DNA of 64,000 bases from an uncultured archaeon (GTDB taxonomy: Archaea; Asgardarchaeota; Thorarchaeia; Thorarchaeales; Thorarchaeaceae), in contig CAZVZC010000001.1 of NCBI GenBank assembly GCA_964631415.1, forward strand, positions 100,638-164,637, read 5' to 3'. Made by a program: the position numbers and the translations under genes. Shown here one piece after another: positions 8,978 to 19,366 of the stretch (the first letter of the stretch is position 1; the number at the start of each line of letters is the position of its first letter). The notes beneath the pieces are model-generated. The model did not search any database. It worked only from the letters and a program-made list of their open reading frames with translations, and was not told the origin of the DNA.

Positions 8978-9628
8978 CTATTCGATGTCAGCACCCGCCT
9001 TCGACTTCTGACCGGTTCCCGGAGTCTTTCCACGAGCCCGTGCTTGTTCTGCGAGATGATCCAGCTCCTCACCCTTCTCCATGAGCACGTCACGTACTGA
9101 CCAGCCTACGCTGTCCTCTTTCAGCGCGACTCTGAAGACTGCAAACCACTGTCGTCCATCCCGCATCGGTCCCTGCCTCAGAAGCTCATCGGTCAGTGTT
9201 CTCGCCCGGCCTATCTTGTCGACCGATGCACTGATGTCATCGTAGATGGCTCTCTCAATCTTCGCAACGCCTGCAACACGTGAAGCTGTCTGGACTGTAC
9301 TCAGGAAAGAGAGTACGACGACAAACAGTAGGTAGGGCAGGTCTTGCACCAAGTAGTCGATAGTAGCCAAGACAATTGCTACTGCAAGGGCCAGCAGAAC
9401 TAGAATGGTTTCGAGAATCAGCCCATCAAGAACGGCATTTCGTGTGGCTGACATTTGCCACCCGGAGTATTTCGAGAGTGGTGAAGATGGTTTGTGGTAG
9501 TGAGTAATGTCGTTGATGTAACGATCGCGACCTTTCTTGGCCAACATGACCCATATTGTCTGAGCGATAAGACCCAACATGATAATGATAATGCCGAGAT
9601 CCGAAACTGTCACCAGCGGCATCTGCAT
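8978..9628 (-). CDS. hypothetical membrane protein (about three TM plus helical tail)
   Basis: 216-aa ORF with hydrophobic helices; GGAGG upstream of ATG. Confidence 0.7.
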   Translation of the reverse strand: MQMPLVTVSDLGIIIIMLGLIAQTIWVMLAKKGRDRYINDITHYHKPSSPLSKYSGWQMSATRNAVLDGLILETILVLLALAVAIVLATIDYLVQDLPYLLFVVVLSFLSTVQTASRVAGVAKIERAIYDDISASVDKIGRARTLTDELLRQGPMRDGRQWFAVFRVALKEDSVGWSVRDVLMEKGEELDHLAEQARARGKTPGTGQKSKAGADIE

Positions 9629-9729
9629 GGGCTATCCGCCTCCATATCTCACGTTTAAGCGTATTGAAACACTTCAGTGGAAGATTACTTTCTGTGTTCC
9701 CTCTAGGCACCACACGTCCTCTCAGTTCC

Positions 9730-9838
9730 ACATTGTACTCCCAGAAGGCTGAATCATGCTTAGTACACACGTTAAGACACTAGTTCTCTAGTGCGCAGGC
9801 CCGGGTTCAGCCCTCCCGGGAAGATACCCGGACCTGCG
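9730..9838 (-). ncRNA. candidate structured RNA or leader with loop-loop complementarity
   Basis: Three consecutive hairpins; loops 9807-9820 and 9740-9752 are complementary; G-U pairs favour the minus strand. Confidence 0.45.
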
Positions 9839-9903
9839 TATGCACCTGAGCCTCCACAGAATGCTTTATCACTGGTGACCGTGGCCAGACCTGATTGATC
9901 ATC

Positions 9904-10839
9904 ATGGAGCGGGTACAGCACATCGACCCCGAGAAAGACACATCCGTTGCAGGGCTTGTACGTGCCATGGAGCGGGTCGGGGTTCTTGGAGCAGGTCGAC
10001 TTGGCAGGGCTGCAGCAATCACTTCAAGAATGTTCAACGACCCCGACTGTTTCACATTCCTCTCCCTGTCTGGTCCCATGGTCCCCGGTGGGCTACGAAA
10101 GGTTGTGATGCACCTTGTCCGAAGTGGATACGTAGATGCGATTGTCACTAGCGGAGCAAACATAGTGCATGACATTGTAGAGGCATATGGCGGCGCACAC
10201 TATAGAGCACAGAGTTCCACTGATGACAAAGCTCTCCGGAGCAAGGGTCTTGGCAGGATAGGCGACATCTTGGTCCGTGAGAAGGACTTTGCGATATTCG
10301 AGAAGGGGATCTACGGCTTTCTAGACCAGCTGGACCCTCAGAAGACCGCCAGTATGGCTCCGAGCGAGTTCCTGAGAGATCTCGGGCTGACACTCTCTGA
10401 TGATGAATCCATAGTGCGTCAAGCGGCCCTCAGGAGCGTGCCTATCTTCTCCCCAGGCATCATGGACTCGATGCTGGGCTTCCACATATACGCCTACAGC
10501 ACAACCAAGAAGTTCACTCTGGACTTTGTCAAAGATCTTAGAATACTCGGAGAGATAGTGCGGAAGGCGAAGAAGACTGGAGCCATTATACTGGGTGGTG
10601 GTCTCAGCAAGCACTTCACTATGGGCTGCACAATCCTTAGGGGTGGTCTGGATCTCGCAGTTCAGATAACGCTTGACCGCCCTGAAGGAGGTAGCCTCAG
10701 TGGGGCTCCTCTTGTCGAGGGCATTTCTTGGCAGAAGGTTCAGACAGATGCAAAGTGCGAAACGGTCATTGGTGATGCCACGATTGTCTTTCCTCTACTC
10801 GTTATAGCAGCGCTCGCCGGGCCGGAAAAGAGCACGTGA
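9904..10839 (+). CDS. dys: deoxyhypusine synthase
   Basis: SGPMVPGGLR, IVTSGANIVHD, ILGGGLSKH, GGSLSGA..EGISWQK, GDATIVFPL. Confidence 0.92.
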   Translation: MERVQHIDPEKDTSVAGLVRAMERVGVLGAGRLGRAAAITSRMFNDPDCFTFLSLSGPMVPGGLRKVVMHLVRSGYVDAIVTSGANIVHDIVEAYGGAHYRAQSSTDDKALRSKGLGRIGDILVREKDFAIFEKGIYGFLDQLDPQKTASMAPSEFLRDLGLTLSDDESIVRQAALRSVPIFSPGIMDSMLGFHIYAYSTTKKFTLDFVKDLRILGEIVRKAKKTGAIILGGGLSKHFTMGCTILRGGLDLAVQITLDRPEGGSLSGAPLVEGISWQKVQTDAKCETVIGDATIVFPLLVIAALAGPEKST

Positions 10840-11222
10840 AGGGTGCTACCCCTGACCACTTGGCCGCATAAAGGACAATCTCAGAGTGAGTTGAATCTGC
10901 AGGATAGCGGCCCGAGTCACTTGAAGAATCTTTGCGTTCTATTTCAATGATAAGAGGGCACCGACGGCCTCAATGTGATTTCGTACGAGTACCAAGAATA
11001 CTCACAGTGTCGGGACGTCAGACAGTCGCACTAACTGGGAGTCCTGTGTTCATATCCACATTGGAACTGACTGCCTACTCAAAGTCGGCGGACACTCATC
11101 TTCCCAGAGGCCGCCATCAAGACGCCATCCACTCGTTCGTGCCACAACCCTTTTATTGAGTGCCAAGAGGCTCTCCCTGAGTCTGAGCAGAGAGGCCTAT
11201 AGAACAGCCTCAGGTGAACGAT

Positions 11223-11765
11223 ATGGGTAAGCGTCCAGGCCGCTGTTATAGGGAATGCGATCGGCCCGCGTTTATGCGGACCCGGTATATCCACAGGCAA
11301 CCAGCGTCAAAGATAGCCAGCTTTGACATGGGTGCTCCCGAGCTTGATTTTGAAGTGGAGATGTCGCTTGTCGGTATGGAGCGGTGTCAGATTAGAAACC
11401 AAGCGCTGGAGGCTGCGCGTGTAGCTGCTAACCGGTACATCACCAAGATGCTCCCTAGGGATAAGTTCCACTTGAGGGTACGTGTCAAGCCTTACCAGTG
11501 GCTTCGCGAGAACAAAATGGTCACAGGTGCTGGGGCAGACAGAGTCCAAGACGGGATGCGAAAGGCATGGGGCAAGGTGATCGGTAGCGCGGCACGTATT
11601 CGACCCGGACAGGCCGTGATTACGATACGAGTCGACAGAGGCCAAATCGACGTGGCTCGACTAGCACTTGAGAAGGCTGCACCAAAAATACCTACACCAT
11701 GCAGGATAGTGTTTGACAAGATCGATCCTGAGTTGAAACGCAAGCTCGGCTATGGTGCGGAGTAG
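11223..11765 (+). CDS. rpl10e: 50S ribosomal protein L10e (uL16)
   Basis: MGKRPGRCYR, ALEAARVAANRY, RENKMVTGAGADRVQDGMRKAWGK. Confidence 0.97.
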   Translation: MGKRPGRCYRECDRPAFMRTRYIHRQPASKIASFDMGAPELDFEVEMSLVGMERCQIRNQALEAARVAANRYITKMLPRDKFHLRVRVKPYQWLRENKMVTGAGADRVQDGMRKAWGKVIGSAARIRPGQAVITIRVDRGQIDVARLALEKAAPKIPTPCRIVFDKIDPELKRKLGYGAE

Positions 11766-12496
11766 TCCTCCTTCTGTTTCTCACACACGATATCCCTTAG
11801 CAGACGGGCGAAACCGGTCAGTGTGAATGCCTCCCTTCCTGTCAGATATGCCCGACCTAGCAGATTCCTGAAGACGCGCTTGGCTCTGGGTCTTCTGTGC
11901 TCCGGCATCGGCAGCCGGTCACTCACTTCATCCATGAACTTGCAGATTTGTTCGCGCTCTTCTCTTGTCGCTGGTCGTGCCTCGCTCCGCGTTCTTTCTT
12001 TCTTGGGTGCATGTCTCATGAAGAGATCATACAGGGTGATAGCAACAGCGTGGCTCAGGTTGATACTCGGATACCTCGCAGAGGTGGGTATCGAAAAGGC
12101 CAGATCACATGCATCGACCTCCTTATTGTAGAGCCCGCAACTCTCTCTCCCAAAGACCAATGCTACACGCCCACCCAGTGATGTGGGGTCAGGCAGTTCC
12201 ATCAGCGGCACGACCGCACGGGAAACGCTTAGGTTTCCGCCAGACCTTGCAGTTGCTGCCCATGCGACTTCTGAACCGGCGAGGGCCGAAGGTAAATCAG
12301 GGAAGATTTCAGCAGACTCAAGTATGTCCAAAGCGTGGACAGAGAACATCCGTGCCTGTTCATCTTGCCGGGGATCCGCACCGACTATCCGTAGGGTTGA
12401 AACCCCGTAGTTTGCCATGGCTCTCGCCACAAACCCAACGTTGCCGGGTGATTCCGGTTCGACAAGTACTATGAAGAGGCTTGGTAACTCTGTCAA
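11750..12496 (-). CDS. trmJ: TrmJ-family SPOUT tRNA methyltransferase
   Basis: VLVEPESPGNVGFVARAMANYG, ALVFGRE..GL, YPSINLSHAV. Confidence 0.9.
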   Translation of the reverse strand: MTELPSLFIVLVEPESPGNVGFVARAMANYGVSTLRIVGADPRQDEQARMFSVHALDILESAEIFPDLPSALAGSEVAWAATARSGGNLSVSRAVVPLMELPDPTSLGGRVALVFGRESCGLYNKEVDACDLAFSIPTSARYPSINLSHAVAITLYDLFMRHAPKKERTRSEARPATREEREQICKFMDEVSDRLPMPEHRRPRAKRVFRNLLGRAYLTGREAFTLTGFARLLRDIVCEKQKEDYSAP

Positions 12497-12532
12497 GGCC
12501 TAGTGCCACCACAATCCAGTCTTCAAGAGGAG

Positions 12533-13708
12533 CTACCTGTGCAGAAGCTGCAGTACATCACCATCTTGAAGCGGGTAGTTCAGACCTACTTGTCTCCGCT
12601 TTATCTTGTCGTTCTCTCTCAGGATGATTGCAGAACGGAACCTCTCCACGAATAGCTGCTTGTGTATTTTCCTAGCGGCGTCTTCCACGATTGCACCCTC
12701 CGGAAGAACAATGGGCTTGGTTTCAGGCTTCTTGCCTGGAACTTTCGTGTAGATCCTTAGGATGTCAAGATGGTTGTACAGGGCCCACTTCATCGCCTCG
12801 AGGTTCTCTCCGCGGACTGCCGAAACGGGCACGATTTCAAACCTGCTGCCATACTTCGCCTTGAGCTCCTTGTATCGTGTGCTCGAATCCGTCATATCTC
12901 CCTTGGTTGCAACTATTAGTGCCCTGACATAGGCAACACTTGTATCCAAGGCGTCTATGAACTGCTGGAACGTCGCTGGTTTCTGGAATCGGACTATGAC
13001 ATTGACCACTTTGCGGGCCCTCAGGTACTCATACACCTCCAGTATGTCCCCTTGGTAGTTCTGAGCACCATAGACCATTTGGCCGCCCATCCCGACTCGC
13101 TCCACTCGTACTGCGGACTTCTCACGATTGAGACGAATTCTGGCCCGTTCAATCTCACCAAGAACCACATGCATTTGGGGCTCTACATCTTGAGATAGAT
13201 TCACCAAGATGACAATGCAGTCCGCCCCTCGCGCCAGAGCTAATGATTGCCTGCCAATGCTTGTGTCATAGCTGCCCTCAAAGACGCCTGGCAGTTCAAC
13301 CATCTGGATGTTGATGTTCTCAAACGTCATCATCGCAGGGGTCGGGACCGTTGTCACAAAGGGGTAGTCGCCGACTGCCAGACTCGCATTCGTGACTGCG
13401 TTGATTAGGGTGGACTTCCCGCTCTTGGTCATTCCAACAAGACAGACTTGTCCTGCCCCCTCTTTTCTGATGACTCCTTCCTCGCCGCCCGAGCTTCTTC
13501 GGACACGTTCAATCTCCTTCTTCTTCTCGAATTCGGCCTTGTGCCGCGCAAGCTTCTTCCTGTAGTCGGATACCATCTTCACTGCTCCCTTGTGGTGGGG
13601 AGCAAGAGCCAGAAGCTTCTCCAGTTCTATGATCCTCTGTTCTAGCGACTCTGCATCTTCATACCGTCGTCGTTGGGCCTCGAACTGGGGGGTCACATTG
13701 GTGGGCAC
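12533..13708 (-). CDS. DRG/OBG-family GTPase with TGS domain
   Basis: MPTNVTP, KEGAGQV.LVG...SGKSTL, DYPFVTT, C-terminal TGS (IYTK...L.DGDV). Confidence 0.9.
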   Translation of the reverse strand: MPTNVTPQFEAQRRRYEDAESLEQRIIELEKLLALAPHHKGAVKMVSDYRKKLARHKAEFEKKKEIERVRRSSGGEEGVIRKEGAGQVCLVGMTKSGKSTLINAVTNASLAVGDYPFVTTVPTPAMMTFENINIQMVELPGVFEGSYDTSIGRQSLALARGADCIVILVNLSQDVEPQMHVVLGEIERARIRLNREKSAVRVERVGMGGQMVYGAQNYQGDILEVYEYLRARKVVNVIVRFQKPATFQQFIDALDTSVAYVRALIVATKGDMTDSSTRYKELKAKYGSRFEIVPVSAVRGENLEAMKWALYNHLDILRIYTKVPGKKPETKPIVLPEGAIVEDAARKIHKQLFVERFRSAIILRENDKIKRRQVGLNYPLQDGDVLQLLHR

Positions 13709-13737
13709 TCGAGGTCACACACTCCCAAGCACGGCGT

Positions 13738-14358
13738 CTACGGATACCTCTCGCGGGGTGGTGTTATAGATGTTTCTTCTGGACTTTGCCCGACACTATC
13801 GCAATACAGGTTCACATCCAGAATGAAGCGCTCCGGGTGAGGTGGGCGGGGAAGCAATACCATGTGGCGCTTCTCAAAGTACCGACTCAGCGTTCCTGAA
13901 ACAACGTATACGAAGGTGCCGGTCTGAGAGATGCCGCTGCAGCCAGATGGCCTGTCCGACTGCGTTGCCGCGACTTGTATAGCACCTGATGGTCCCTGTT
14001 CGAGCATGTGTTCCAGATCGGTCCTCGAAACAGTAATCCCATTGTCTAGGACACGCGTGGTACCAGAGGTGACTCCTCTCAGGGCTTCTGCACCCTTCAT
14101 GATGAAGAAGGAGATAGACCTCTCATCAGGTGAAACCCTCTTCATTCTGTCCCCCGGAAACGAGATAACACGAAGGTCCGTTGTATCACCCGCCAAGAGA
14201 CTCATCTGGACATCTCTGCGTATGCCATCAGATATGAAAAGTGCCACGTTCACGCATCTGCAGGCTGTCACCATCTCAGGGCAGTTAGATCCGGAAATCA
14301 CCTGTGTTTGATCAACTTGCAGATCCCCGAATCCAACAACAAAGTGGCGCTTGATCAT
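13738..14358 (-). CDS. trmY: TrmY-like (tRNA m1-psi54 methyltransferase) protein, divergent
   Basis: CRCVNVALFISDGIRRDV and PDERSI motifs; C-terminal SAM knot poorly conserved. Confidence 0.65.
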   Translation of the reverse strand: MIKRHFVVGFGDLQVDQTQVISGSNCPEMVTACRCVNVALFISDGIRRDVQMSLLAGDTTDLRVISFPGDRMKRVSPDERSISFFIMKGAEALRGVTSGTTRVLDNGITVSRTDLEHMLEQGPSGAIQVAATQSDRPSGCSGISQTGTFVYVVSGTLSRYFEKRHMVLLPRPPHPERFILDVNLYCDSVGQSPEETSITPPRERYP

Positions 14359-14421
14359 CCAACCCCCTCCTTGATAGAGGGCCTGCGGCAGCTGCTCTTA
14401 GACTGGGCATCTGCATACACA

Positions 14422-15765
14422 TCAAACACCGGACAGACCCGGTATGCTTGGCAGGCCTCCTCTCCTGCCCCGCCGTGACTTCCCGAAAGCTTTCAGCATC
14501 CTCTTCATCTGTTCGTACTGCTTCAGCAGCTCTTTCACGTCACTCGCCCTTGTCCCGGATCCCATAGCAACCCGTCTGACGCGCGAGGACTTGATTAACT
14601 TCGGGTCATCGAGCTCATCTTTGGTCATCGAGTTCATGATGACTTCGAAACGTTTGAGATTCTCCTCCTGCAGCTCCGCGACATCTTCAGGCAGCTTGTA
14701 CTTCAGTCCGAGCATCTCCATCACCTTCCCTAGCGGCCCCATCTTTTTCAGCTGTTTGAGCTGTGCCATCATGTCGTTTAGGGAGAACTGCCCTTTCATG
14801 AGCCGCATCGCTGCGTCCTCATCAACCTCTACTTGGGCCTCTTTGACCTTCTCGATTAGCCCCTTGATATCAGACATACCGAGGAGGCGACCGGCGAACT
14901 TAGTGGGGTTGAAGGGCTCAATAGCATCTATGCCCTCTCCGACTCCTATGAATTTGATCGGAGCTTGTGTGGCTGCCACAGCTGAGAGTGCGCCACCGCC
15001 TTTCGCACTGCCGTCGAGCTTGGTGACAATGATTGAACCAATGTCAGTAGCCTTCTTGAAGGCCGAAGCTTGTACACCTGCTTGCTGCCCGAGCGTACCA
15101 TCAACAACGAGGATGATCTCCTGTGGGTTGATAGCTTTCGCGATATCCTGCATCTCCTTGATCAGGCTGGTTTCCTCTCTATGTCGACCTGAAGTGTCTA
15201 CGAGTATGAGTTCGACACCTCTCTTCACCATCTCCTCATAGCCGCGCTTCGCAAGCTTCACGGCATTCTTCTCGGTTTCATCGCCATAGAATGGCACGTT
15301 CGACTTCTCGGCCAGTTGCTTCAGCTGACTGAAGGCACCGAGTCGAAAGTTGTCTGCACATACCACGCCTGTCTTGATTCCCCTCTTCTGGTAGTAGCGG
15401 GCCAGCTTGCCTATAGTCGTTGTCTTCCCCGAACCTTGGATACCAACCATCATCACTAGGTTTGGCTTGCCTGGATTGATGGTCAACGGGACTGCCTTCT
15501 CTCCCAAGAAGTACGCAAGACTGTCCCAGACCACCCGAATGATGTGTTCCCTACGAGAAACGCCCCTTGGAAGCGACTCGTCCAGCGCCTGCTTCTGGAC
15601 TCTTTCAGTTATCTGCATCACAAGCGCAACGTCCACATCTGCCTGCAAGAGAGCACGCTGGATGTCCTTCACCAGCTCCTTCACGAGTTCCTCGTCAATG
15701 ACGCCCGCTCCAAACAGCTTCTTCAATGCCGAGTTCAGAGCCTTGCCTAGGCCGTCCAGGACCAT
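14422..15765 (-). CDS. srp54: signal recognition particle protein SRP54
   Basis: GIQGSGKTTT, DTSGRH, TKLDGSAKGGGALS, Met-rich M domain. Confidence 0.98.
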   Translation of the reverse strand: MVLDGLGKALNSALKKLFGAGVIDEELVKELVKDIQRALLQADVDVALVMQITERVQKQALDESLPRGVSRREHIIRVVWDSLAYFLGEKAVPLTINPGKPNLVMMVGIQGSGKTTTIGKLARYYQKRGIKTGVVCADNFRLGAFSQLKQLAEKSNVPFYGDETEKNAVKLAKRGYEEMVKRGVELILVDTSGRHREETSLIKEMQDIAKAINPQEIILVVDGTLGQQAGVQASAFKKATDIGSIIVTKLDGSAKGGGALSAVAATQAPIKFIGVGEGIDAIEPFNPTKFAGRLLGMSDIKGLIEKVKEAQVEVDEDAAMRLMKGQFSLNDMMAQLKQLKKMGPLGKVMEMLGLKYKLPEDVAELQEENLKRFEVIMNSMTKDELDDPKLIKSSRVRRVAMGSGTRASDVKELLKQYEQMKRMLKAFGKSRRGRRGGLPSIPGLSGV

Positions 15766-15889
15766 CTGCTGTTCACCATTTCAGTTTCGACCACTCTGTG
15801 GGTTCAACATATCAAGCTTCGCCTCCATGTTTCGGGGCAATGCCTAAAACCCAGTGATGCTTGTCTTCGGACAGGGACAGGGTGAACAA

Positions 15890-16381
15890 ATGGCCGGAAC
15901 CGAAACTGATGAGAAGCTAAGGATTGACAAAATCAGGGATGGTACCGTGATAGATCACATCAGAGCGGGACACGCCCTTGAAGTGCTTCAAATCCTGGGT
16001 ATCACGGGGAAGGAAGGAGCTACCATAAGCCTCGCGATGAATGTCGGTAGCTCTAAGATTGGCCGCAAGGACATTCTGAAGATTGAAGCCAGAGTCCTCG
16101 GTGACGAAGAGGTTGCCAAGATTGCACTCGTTGCTCCTGAAGCGACCATTAACATAATCCGAGAAACAAAGGTCGTGAAGAAGACCCGTGTAGAGCTTCC
16201 GGACATCATCACCAACGTTGTCAGATGCCCGAACACTCGGTGTATCACTAATCAAGAGCGCGAGCCTATCCATCCCAGATACAAAGTGGTTTCTCACTCA
16301 CCGATTGAGCTGAAGTGCCTCTACTGTTGGAGTCTTGTCAGCGGGGAAGAAATCATATCACAATTCACAGAGAAAAAATGA
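15890..16381 (+). CDS. pyrI: aspartate carbamoyltransferase regulatory subunit
   Basis: IRDGTVIDHI, KDILKIE, CPNTRCITN...CLYC. Confidence 0.95.
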   Translation: MAGTETDEKLRIDKIRDGTVIDHIRAGHALEVLQILGITGKEGATISLAMNVGSSKIGRKDILKIEARVLGDEEVAKIALVAPEATINIIRETKVVKKTRVELPDIITNVVRCPNTRCITNQEREPIHPRYKVVSHSPIELKCLYCWSLVSGEEIISQFTEKK

Positions 16382-16539
16382 CCCCTTAGTATGGATGCAG
16401 ACGTAGCCATCCTTGGGGACATCCCAAGGTCCGAGGCACTGATGTGCTTCTTGGATGCATTACATCACGCGGGTGTCCCGAACCTTTTTAATGGACTGTC
16501 TGTGCAGACATGGCGTTTCCAATGACAGAGTGAGTCCCC

Positions 16540-16863
16540 ATGGTCAGCGACAGAATCGCAATCATAGGCGACAGGGACACGGTCATCGGGTTCCGTATGG
16601 TCGGAGTCGGCGAGAGTTCGATTCCTAGCTCTCCAGAGGAAACCAGAACAAAGCTGCTTGAGTACTTCAGAAACCCCCGTATGGGACTAATCCTCATAAC
16701 GGAGCGTCTTGCCTCCGAAGTCGAAGACACAATCATCGAGCTCTCTCAGGCTCCAGTTCCTGTCATCCTGCTAATCCCGGATAGGCTGGGCCCCACGGGG
16801 ACGCATGAGGTGGTTCTGAAGGAGCTGATACGTAGGGCCGTTGGTGTTGAGATCAACATGTAG
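16540..16863 (+). CDS. atpF: A/V-type ATP synthase subunit F
   Basis: IAIIGDRDTVIGFRMVGV...IRRAVG. Confidence 0.93.
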   Translation: MVSDRIAIIGDRDTVIGFRMVGVGESSIPSSPEETRTKLLEYFRNPRMGLILITERLASEVEDTIIELSQAPVPVILLIPDRLGPTGTHEVVLKELIRRAVGVEINM

Positions 16864-16890
16864 TTGCGTGCCATGATAGGGTGAACGACT

Positions 16891-18696
16891 ATGAGCCAAC
16901 AGACTGGGAGAATCGAGAACATAGCTGGGCCGGTTGTGAAGTGCAGCGGAATCCGTGCTGTGCGTATGTATGAGGTGGTGCGGGTAGGCAAGGAGAAGCT
17001 GATCGGTGAGGTCATCGAGGTGGGAGAGAATGAGTTCACGGCGCAAGTATACGAGGAAACCTCCGGTCTCTGTCCAGGCGAGCCTGTGATTTCTACTGGG
17101 AATGCTCTCTCAGTGGAACTCGGACCTGGCTTGCTCGGCTCCATCTACGATGGAATCCAGCGACCGCTACCACAGCTACAGTTTCTTTCGGGTGACTTCA
17201 TAACCCGCGGCTTAACAGTTGAGGGACTGAACAAGGAGAAGAAATGGACATTCACTCCTTTGATGAAGGTCGGTGATCATACCAAACCCGGAGATATCAT
17301 CGGTGAGGTTCCTGAAAGCGGCATAATAGTATCGAAGATAATGACCCCGCTTAGTGTTGAGGGTGACATAGTCAGCATTGTGCCCGCGGGCCAATACACA
17401 GTTCTTGAACCCGTCTGCAGAGTGAAAGATGGCCGAGGGGATGTACACGACATTATCATGATGCAGAAGACGCCTGTACGCGTAGGCCGTCCCTTCAAGG
17501 AACGTGTCGGAATGGACACGCCGCTGATTACTGGACAGAGAGTGATTGACACTTTCATGCCACTAGCGAAGGGTGGTACAGGTGCCATTCCTGGTGGGTT
17601 TGGCACAGGAAAGACAGTCACACTCCACCAGTTTGCGAAGTGGGCCGATGCCCAAGTGATAGTATACGTTGGGTGCGGCGAACGTGGGAATGAGATGACT
17701 GAGGCTCTTGAAGAATGGCCGAAACTCAAGGATCCGAAGTCGGGCAGGCCGCTGATGGAGCGAACGGTACTAATTGCCAACACGTCAAACATGCCCGTGG
17801 CAGCACGAGAAGCCTCGATATATGTAGCAGCCACAATAGCGGAATACTTCAGGGACCAAGGTTACGATGTCGCTCTCATGGCTGACTCGACCTCTCGCTG
17901 GGCCGAAGCCCTGCGTGAAATCTCAGGTCGACTAGGCCAGCTGCCTTCTGAGGAAGGCTATCCAGCCTACCTAGGTTCGCGCCTAGCACAGTTCTATGAG
18001 AGAGGTGGTCGAGTCAAGACTCTATGTTCTGGTGAGAGGTTCGGGTCGGTGACAATGTGTGGGGCGGTTTCACCGCCAGGTGGTGACTTCTCAGAGCCTG
18101 TGACACAGGCCACATTGCGCATAGTGAAGGTCTTCTGGGCACTGGACAAGGACCTCGCGGCAAGGAGGTTCTTCCCGGCCATCAACACATTGACTAGCTA
18201 CTCACTGTATCACGCGAATCTTGAGAAGTGGCATAGAGCGAACTTGGGACCTGACTGGCCTCAGCTCGTGACTGAAGCAATGGCGCTCTTGCAGAAGGAT
18301 CAGGAACTGAGAGAGATAGTGCAGCTTGTCGGTCCGGATGCACTCCCCGAGTCCGAGCGCGCGGTTCTTGAGGCCGCAAGGATGATCAAGGAGGACTTTC
18401 TCACACAGAGTGCCGTGCACGAGATTGACACATACAGCCCGATTAGCAAGACCTATCGCATGTTGCGAATCATCATCATCTTCTCGCGAAAGATGGCCGA
18501 GGCAGTCAAAATGGGTGCGCACGTTCGAAGGGTACTTGAGTTCAGCGTACTCGACAACATCGCCCGGATGAAGATTGCGCCTTGGGACACATACAGCAAG
18601 ACCATGGATGCCATTGAGAGCAAGATGGAGCGAGAGTTTGATGCACTCTTCAAGGAGCTGACGGCATCCAGTGTGCCTTTGCCAACAGCACCTTGA
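16891..18696 (+). CDS. atpA: A/V-type ATP synthase subunit A
   Basis: PGGFGTGKTV, GCGERGNE, ANTSNMPVAAREAS; no intein. Confidence 0.98.
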   Translation: MSQQTGRIENIAGPVVKCSGIRAVRMYEVVRVGKEKLIGEVIEVGENEFTAQVYEETSGLCPGEPVISTGNALSVELGPGLLGSIYDGIQRPLPQLQFLSGDFITRGLTVEGLNKEKKWTFTPLMKVGDHTKPGDIIGEVPESGIIVSKIMTPLSVEGDIVSIVPAGQYTVLEPVCRVKDGRGDVHDIIMMQKTPVRVGRPFKERVGMDTPLITGQRVIDTFMPLAKGGTGAIPGGFGTGKTVTLHQFAKWADAQVIVYVGCGERGNEMTEALEEWPKLKDPKSGRPLMERTVLIANTSNMPVAAREASIYVAATIAEYFRDQGYDVALMADSTSRWAEALREISGRLGQLPSEEGYPAYLGSRLAQFYERGGRVKTLCSGERFGSVTMCGAVSPPGGDFSEPVTQATLRIVKVFWALDKDLAARRFFPAINTLTSYSLYHANLEKWHRANLGPDWPQLVTEAMALLQKDQELREIVQLVGPDALPESERAVLEAARMIKEDFLTQSAVHEIDTYSPISKTYRMLRIIIIFSRKMAEAVKMGAHVRRVLEFSVLDNIARMKIAPWDTYSKTMDAIESKMEREFDALFKELTASSVPLPTAP

Positions 18697-18775
18697 CAAG
18701 TCTTGCGGTCGGATGGAACCATACTCTGGTCTGAGTGGCCCTTATCAGACGATATGGATGGCAGACAGATGAGAT

Positions 18776-19366
18776 ATGACGCACCTAGATGAGATACTGG
18801 ATCTGCATCGAGAGATAGAACGATGCAGGCGATGCCCGCTTTGGAAGACTCGAAGGAATGCGGTCCCGGGCGAGGGTTCAGCAACAGCCAAAGTGATGTT
18901 CGTCGGCGAGGCTCCAGGTGCTAGAGAAGACGAGTCTGGTAGGCCGTTTGTAGGACGGTCTGGGGACCTTCTCACAGAGTTGCTCGCAGAGATAGGTCTC
19001 TCAAGGAGTGATGTCTTCATCACATCCATCCTGAAATCGCGTCCACCGAGGAACCGTCTCCCGACCAAGTCAGAGATTGATGCCTGTTACCCCTATCTCC
19101 AGAAACAGTTCGAATTAATCGCGCCTTCAGTGATAGTCCTTCTTGGCGGCGTGGCTGTGTCAGCGGTCATAGGTCCGTGGAAGATGTCTGACTGTCATGG
19201 CAGATTCTACGAGGGGGCCGGCAGGGTCTTTTTCATGACCTATCATCCTGCTGCAGCACTCAGATTTCCTAGGGCCAGGGAAGTGATGAGGGCAGACTTC
19301 GCGGCCTTGAAGACGCACCTAGACCAAGTGGCAGTTATATCCACAAGCAAAGACTCTCAATCGTGA
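18776..19366 (+). CDS. udg: family-4 uracil-DNA glycosylase
   Basis: CRRCPL, VGEAPGAREDESGRPFVG, RPPRNR, TYHPAA. Confidence 0.93.
   Translation: MTHLDEILDLHREIERCRRCPLWKTRRNAVPGEGSATAKVMFVGEAPGAREDESGRPFVGRSGDLLTELLAEIGLSRSDVFITSILKSRPPRNRLPTKSEIDACYPYLQKQFELIAPSVIVLLGGVAVSAVIGPWKMSDCHGRFYEGAGRVFFMTYHPAAALRFPRAREVMRADFAALKTHLDQVAVISTSKDSQS

Noticed and set aside
14444-15241. Long antisense ORFs (also 59373-60170, 60371-60961, 17277-17834, 63100-63663)
   Set aside because: Shadow frames of well-supported genes with no recognisable motifs
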